DNA from: Basidiobolus meristosporus CBS 931.73
Lineage: Eukaryota > Fungi > Basidiobolomycota
DNA length: 62,954 nt
Reading direction: 5' to 3'
Assembly (NCBI GenBank): GCA_002104905.1
Contig: MCFE01000522.1
Coordinates: 1 to 62,954 of the forward strand
Shown: positions 58,304-62,954 of the stretch, piece by piece
Layout: each line of letters starts with the position of its first letter
Position numbering within the stretch: position 1 is the first letter of the stretch
Made by a program: the position numbers and the translations under genes
Notes under the pieces: model-generated
The model's input: the letters and a program-made list of their open reading frames with translations, nothing else
Databases searched by the model: none
Told to the model about the DNA's origin: nothing

Positions 58304-60305
58304 CGAGCTGTCACTCTCTGCAATGTCTACTACTGCTATTACTGGAATTTTTCCCTCTGCTGAAAAGTTGGATGGATCTAACTACCAAGTGTGGAAGGTG
58401 AAGATGAAGATGCTGCTACAAGAAAGAGGCCTTTGGGATATTGTCATGGGAGAAGAATGCCCTCCTAAAAACGTGGGAGAGGAAGCCTTGAAGTACCAGA
58501 AGAAAGAACAAAGTGCCTTTAACTGCATTTGCCTTAATGTCAAGGACAAATTGCTAATTCAATGCTCAAGAGCAAAAACGGCAAAGAATGCCTGGAAAGC
58601 ATTAGAAGACACCTACCAGTCATGTTCAGCTGCCAAGAAAATGTATCTGAGAAGAAAATTCTTTACTACAAAGATGCTGCCAGGAGAAGAAATGAAAAAT
58701 CTAATTAACAGAATTACCCTGCTGGTAGATGAGATGGAATCTGTGGGCGTACCAACTACTGATGAGGATGTGATAGTTACCATCCTGAATAGCCTGACAG
58801 ACAAGTTTCAGGGCCTTGTATCAGCCCTAGAGTCCAGAACTGAAGATTTGACCTTAAATTACGTATATGGAAGGCTCCTGGATGAAGAATTAAGAAAATC
58901 AAGCGCCAATAAGAAGGAAGAAGAAAATGCTTTAATAAGCAATGATAACCAACAAAGGAGGTACCCAAGACCCTACAAAGGCAACAGCAACCTATTTTGC
59001 AACTACTGCCAAAGGAAAGGACACACATCAGACCGATGTTTCAAAAAGAGAGATTATCAGCAAAAGAAGCCTGAATATGGAAATGCTGTAACAACTGAAG
59101 ATAGACTATTCATATCTGCACTAAATATGACCACAAACAAGGATTCTCAGACGTGGTATATTGACTCTGGAGCTTCTCAACACTTTACACACCAAAAAGA
59201 ACTTTTTACCCAATATCAAGAAATTCCAATTAAGAAGGTTTTCATGGGTGACGATAGAACACTTGATGCAGTGGGAGAAGGAACTATCCAAGTAAACCTT
59301 AGAAGCAGTAAAGGAAGCCATACACTGACCTTTAAAGAAGTACTCTATGTACCAGAAATAGCCAAGAACCTACTCTCTGTAAGCAAGGCCACAGCAGAAG
59401 GACTCAGTTTCAGTTTTGACAATTCTGGATGCAGGATCACTGATCAAAATGGTGCCCATATTGCTTCGGGCATCAGAGATCAGAACCTATACAAGTTGAC
59501 TTATATTCCATCATATCTGGAAGCCAATATAAGTAACTTAAATGAAGAAACACCAATGCTTTGGCACAGGAGATTTGGACACATCAATTTTGATTATTTG
59601 CGTAAAATGATCAAAGATCAGCTAATTTCTGGAGTGAAAATTGATCCCCCAGCTATTTTGGAGCACTGTGAAGCCTGCATATATGGGAAACAAGCCAGAC
59701 AACTGTTCAAGAGCTCTGGGTTAATCAAAACTAAGAAAAAATTAGATCTAATTCACTCAGATCTGTGTGGACCTATGCAAAATTTATCCTTAGGCGGGAT
59801 GAAGTATTTAATCACTTTTATTGATGATTATACAAGATACACATGGGTCTACTTCATGGAGAGAAAGGAAGAAGCTCTGTCTAAGCTCAGGGAGTTCAAA
59901 GCCATGGTGGAGAGAGAAACTGGTGAAAAAATCAAGAAAATACGCTCTGACAATGGTGGAGAATATACCTCAAAACTCTTCATCCACTTCTGCAAAATTC
60001 ATGGGATAAAGCAAGAGACTACTGTACCATACTCCCCACAGCAAAATGGAGTAGCAGAACGAGCTAACAGATCAATAATTGATATGGCAAGATCTATGAT
60101 CCATGATCAAAAATTATCCTATGATTTTTGGGCGGAATCAGTTGCCACTGCTGTATACCTTAAAAATAGGAGTTATAACAGAATACTTCGTGATTCTACT
60201 CCATTTGAAGCATGGTATGGATACAGACCAAGTGCAGAACATCTAAGAATATTTGGGTGTACAGCATATGCCAAAAAAACTGGCCGGAAATCAGTCAAAA
60301 TTTGA
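58296..60305 (+). CDS. gag-pol: Copia-A gag-protease-integrase (5' part of gag-pol)
   Basis: CNYCQRKGHTSDRC, WYIDSGAS, WHRRFGH, DLCGP, SDNGGEY, QNGVAER. In-frame ATGs at 58296 and 58323; the track ATG at 58164 lies within the LTR. Frame lost at an A7 run (60273-60279). Confidence 0.9.
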   Translation: MSPELSLSAMSTTAITGIFPSAEKLDGSNYQVWKVKMKMLLQERGLWDIVMGEECPPKNVGEEALKYQKKEQSAFNCICLNVKDKLLIQCSRAKTAKNAWKALEDTYQSCSAAKKMYLRRKFFTTKMLPGEEMKNLINRITLLVDEMESVGVPTTDEDVIVTILNSLTDKFQGLVSALESRTEDLTLNYVYGRLLDEELRKSSANKKEEENALISNDNQQRRYPRPYKGNSNLFCNYCQRKGHTSDRCFKKRDYQQKKPEYGNAVTTEDRLFISALNMTTNKDSQTWYIDSGASQHFTHQKELFTQYQEIPIKKVFMGDDRTLDAVGEGTIQVNLRSSKGSHTLTFKEVLYVPEIAKNLLSVSKATAEGLSFSFDNSGCRITDQNGAHIASGIRDQNLYKLTYIPSYLEANISNLNEETPMLWHRRFGHINFDYLRKMIKDQLISGVKIDPPAILEHCEACIYGKQARQLFKSSGLIKTKKKLDLIHSDLCGPMQNLSLGGMKYLITFIDDYTRYTWVYFMERKEEALSKLREFKAMVERETGEKIKKIRSDNGGEYTSKLFIHFCKIHGIKQETTVPYSPQQNGVAERANRSIIDMARSMIHDQKLSYDFWAESVATAVYLKNRSYNRILRDSTPFEAWYGYRPSAEHLRIFGCTAYAKKTGRKSVKI

Positions 60306-62268
60306 GCCAAAAAGTGTAAAATGCATATTTTTGGGCTACTGCAATGAGAGTAAGGCATACAGACTCTACAATACCGAAGCAAAGAAGCTGATCAAGTCCA
60401 GGGATGAGTTGTTTGATGAAAATTCAAAATTTTCACAAAAAATGACATCAGATGATGACGAAAATTTGATCTCAAGTCCACCAATTGTCAGGATTGAATC
60501 AGAGCAAAACAATGAAAATTTTTTCACTCCAGAGGACTCTACAACCGTGGTTCAGCCAGAATCAGTGCCCAGGAATATCCCAGAAGTGATCATTCCAGTA
60601 TCAAATGCCCGGAGATCCAATCGGACAAGAAATAGCCCAAATTACTATATCAATGAGGGTACAAACTTAGCCTATGCCTATTCAGTCCATGTTGATGAAC
60701 CCCAGACTGTAAAAGAGGCCCTAAATAGTCCTCAGACAAAGTTTTGGAGATCTGCAATGACTGAGGAATATCAGGCACTGATGGAAAATCAAACTTGGGA
60801 CTTAGTCAAATTACCAATCAACCAAAAATCAATTGGATGCAGATGGGTCTTCAAGACAAAATACAAGGCTGATGGTACAATTGAAAGATACAAAGCAAGA
60901 CTTGTAGCCAAAGGATACTCTCAAACAAAAGGACTTGACTATACTGAGACCTTTGCACCGGTAGCCAAGTTTAATTCCATCAGATTAATATTGGCTATTG
61001 CAGCCAAATATAAGTTTTTTATTCATCAAATGGATGTAAAAACTGCATTTTTGAATGGAGAACTTGATGAGGACGTGTATATGGACCAGCCTGATGGGTT
61101 TGTTGACCAAGATAACCCCCATTTGGTCTGCAAGCTTAAAAAGTCACTATATGGTCTCAAACAATCACCAAGAGCCTGGAATTGCAAGATAGATTCTTAT
61201 TTGGAATCTTTGAGTTTCAAAAGGAGTAATGCTGACTATAGTATATACTATAAGCCAGATAGAGCAAATCCAGTTCTATTAGCTCTATATGTGGATGATC
61301 TTATTATAGCCGCCAATAACCTAGAAACATTGGAAGAGACTAAATCCAGCCTATCTAAGGAGTTCAAGATGTCCGATCTAGGAGAACTTAGTTACTACTT
61401 AGGGATTAAGTTCTCCATAGACAGAAGTACCCAGACTATTACCCTAAGCCAATCCAAGTATATTCAAGATATACTAAAGAAGTACAAAATGGAAGACTGT
61501 AAACCGGCAGCTACCCCAATGGAGACAAACCTTAACTTGGTCAAAACTCAACCAAATCAAGAGAGCTTGGTGCCATCTGAAAGCCCTGACTTTCCTTATC
61601 AATCTATGGTCGGCAGTCTGATGTATATCATGCTTGGAACACGTCCAGATATCTCATATTCAGTGGGAGTTGTCAGCCAACATAATCAGAATTATGGATC
61701 TGATCATATTGCAGCAGTTAAGCGGATTTTTAGATACCTAAAAGGAACTGCTGATATCTGCTTAAGATACACTTATAAGGATTCAGAACAGGATCTTGTG
61801 GGATACTCTGATGCTGATTGGGGACGAAATTTAGAAGACAGAAGATCCACCACAGGATACACCTTTCTTTACTGTAAAGGAGCCATTTCATGGAATTCAA
61901 GAAAGCAACCAACCGTAGCACTTTCTACTACAGAGGCAGAGTATATGGCAGCCTGTGAAGCTACAAAAGAAGCAATGTGGTTAAGAAAGCTCTTTACAGA
62001 TTTAGGCCTATGTCAAAAAACGCCTATTACTTTATTTCAAGATAATCAAGGATGTATACAATTAGGTAGAAATCCAACTTTTCATGCTAGAACCAAGCAC
62101 ATAGATATTAGACATCATTTCATACGTGAAGCTATAGAGAATAACTTAGTTAGCTTAGTTTACTGTCCTACAGATGAAATGATTGCAGACATATTTACCA
62201 AACCATTAGCTAGAGACAAGTTTGAATATCTTAGGTCAAAATTAGGACTAGTCAGTATGAACATTTAG
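60253..62268 (+). CDS. gag-pol: Copia-A integrase C-terminus, RT and RNase H (3' part of gag-pol)
   Basis: [57 protein letters not shown]. Continuous with the upstream ORF if one A is removed. Confidence 0.93.
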   Translation: MGVQHMPKKLAGNQSKFEPKSVKCIFLGYCNESKAYRLYNTEAKKLIKSRDELFDENSKFSQKMTSDDDENLISSPPIVRIESEQNNENFFTPEDSTTVVQPESVPRNIPEVIIPVSNARRSNRTRNSPNYYINEGTNLAYAYSVHVDEPQTVKEALNSPQTKFWRSAMTEEYQALMENQTWDLVKLPINQKSIGCRWVFKTKYKADGTIERYKARLVAKGYSQTKGLDYTETFAPVAKFNSIRLILAIAAKYKFFIHQMDVKTAFLNGELDEDVYMDQPDGFVDQDNPHLVCKLKKSLYGLKQSPRAWNCKIDSYLESLSFKRSNADYSIYYKPDRANPVLLALYVDDLIIAANNLETLEETKSSLSKEFKMSDLGELSYYLGIKFSIDRSTQTITLSQSKYIQDILKKYKMEDCKPAATPMETNLNLVKTQPNQESLVPSESPDFPYQSMVGSLMYIMLGTRPDISYSVGVVSQHNQNYGSDHIAAVKRIFRYLKGTADICLRYTYKDSEQDLVGYSDADWGRNLEDRRSTTGYTFLYCKGAISWNSRKQPTVALSTTEAEYMAACEATKEAMWLRKLFTDLGLCQKTPITLFQDNQGCIQLGRNPTFHARTKHIDIRHHFIREAIENNLVSLVYCPTDEMIADIFTKPLARDKFEYLRSKLGLVSMNI

Positions 62269-62629
62269 CTGAGTGGGAGTGTTGTAAAAATTTGTATTTT
62301 CCACCTAAATATTCACCTAACTTAGTCACTCAGATCATCACCTTCAAATCCTAGAGAATACTGACCAAATTCCTTGTCGGGATTTACTTAGAATATTTTC
62401 ACCAAAATACCAGGTACCCAGAACATGAAAATTCTCAAAGTTGTCCAAACAGCCCCAAACTTTGCACACATGTTCTTGGGACCTTCCTTAACCTATTCTA
62501 CGTGTTTGTAATGCCAAGACCATGTAAAAGTATAAATACTACTTTTACATTCAATAAATCATTAAGTGAAAACCACATAATCTACTTGTTCTCCAAATCA
62601 CTTCCAATATCTCCAAGACTCTTACAACA

Positions 62630-62954
62630 CAAACCGGCAGCTACCCCAATGGAGACAAACCTTAACTTGGTCAAAACTCAACCAAATCAAGAGAGCTTGG
62701 TGCCATCTGAAAGCCCTGACTTTCCTTATCAATCTATGGTTGGCAGTCTGATGTATATCATGCTTGGAACACGTCCAGATATCTCATATTCAGTGGGAGT
62801 TGTCAGCCAACATAATCAGAATTATGGATCTGATCATATTGCAGCAGTTAAGCGGATTTTTAGATACCTAAAAGGAACTGCTGATATCTGCTTAAGATAC
62901 ACTTATAAGGATTCAGAACAGGATCTTGTGGGATACTCTGATGCTGATTGGGGA
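62630..62954 (+). pseudogene. Copia-A RT fragment of another copy, running off the window end
   Basis: Almost identical to about 61500-61825; starts mid-RT directly after the LTR. Confidence 0.9.

Larger units (their letters stand above)
57942..62629 (+). mobile_element. Youngest, nearly intact Copia-A retrotransposon (4688 bp)
   Basis: 350-bp LTRs at 57942-58291 and 62280-62629 (about 3 differences); PBS ggttatgagccc at 58292-58303; PPT gagtgggag at 62271-62279; flanks ccttg and caaac are not a TSD. Confidence 0.96.

Noticed and set aside
60253-60305. Programmed ribosomal frameshift in Copia-A
   Set aside because: It falls inside integrase rather than at gag/pol, and sister copies are in frame.
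1-62954. Host protein genes, tRNA or rRNA genes
   Set aside because: None recognisable; nearly all sequence is assigned to transposable elements. The PBS motifs are tRNA-complementary but are not tRNA genes.

Overview
This is eukaryotic, gene-free, transposon-saturated DNA. It is probably from a fungus or other non-plant eukaryote, since no plant-type TGGTATCAGAGC primer-binding site occurs. I found no host gene, RNA gene or CRISPR array. The window is a deeply nested stack of: (i) three Ty1/copia lineages sharing TGTTG...CAACA termini and the half-tRNA-iMet primer site GGTTATGAGCCC (Copia-A with about 12 LTR copies of 349-350 bp, Copia-B with 369-bp LTRs, and a young non-autonomous Copia-C with identical LTRs and a decayed core); (ii) three Ty3/gypsy lineages (G1, G2, G3); (iii) a two-gene PIF/Harbinger-ISL2EU-like (PHIS) DNA transposon in three copies, with a short IS5/ISL2-type DDE transposase head-to-head with a putative Myb/SANT-like ORF, plus two approximately 0.7-kb fold-back MITEs that share its ends; (iv) a second 304-bp MITE; and (v) an En/Spm(CACTA)-like remnant. 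Matching LTR halves and a near-identical 5-bp TSD suggest that everything from 149 to 56272 sits inside one old Copia-A LTR. Family names (Copia-A/B/C, G1-G3) are my working labels. All alignments and counts were done by eye; no database search was run.
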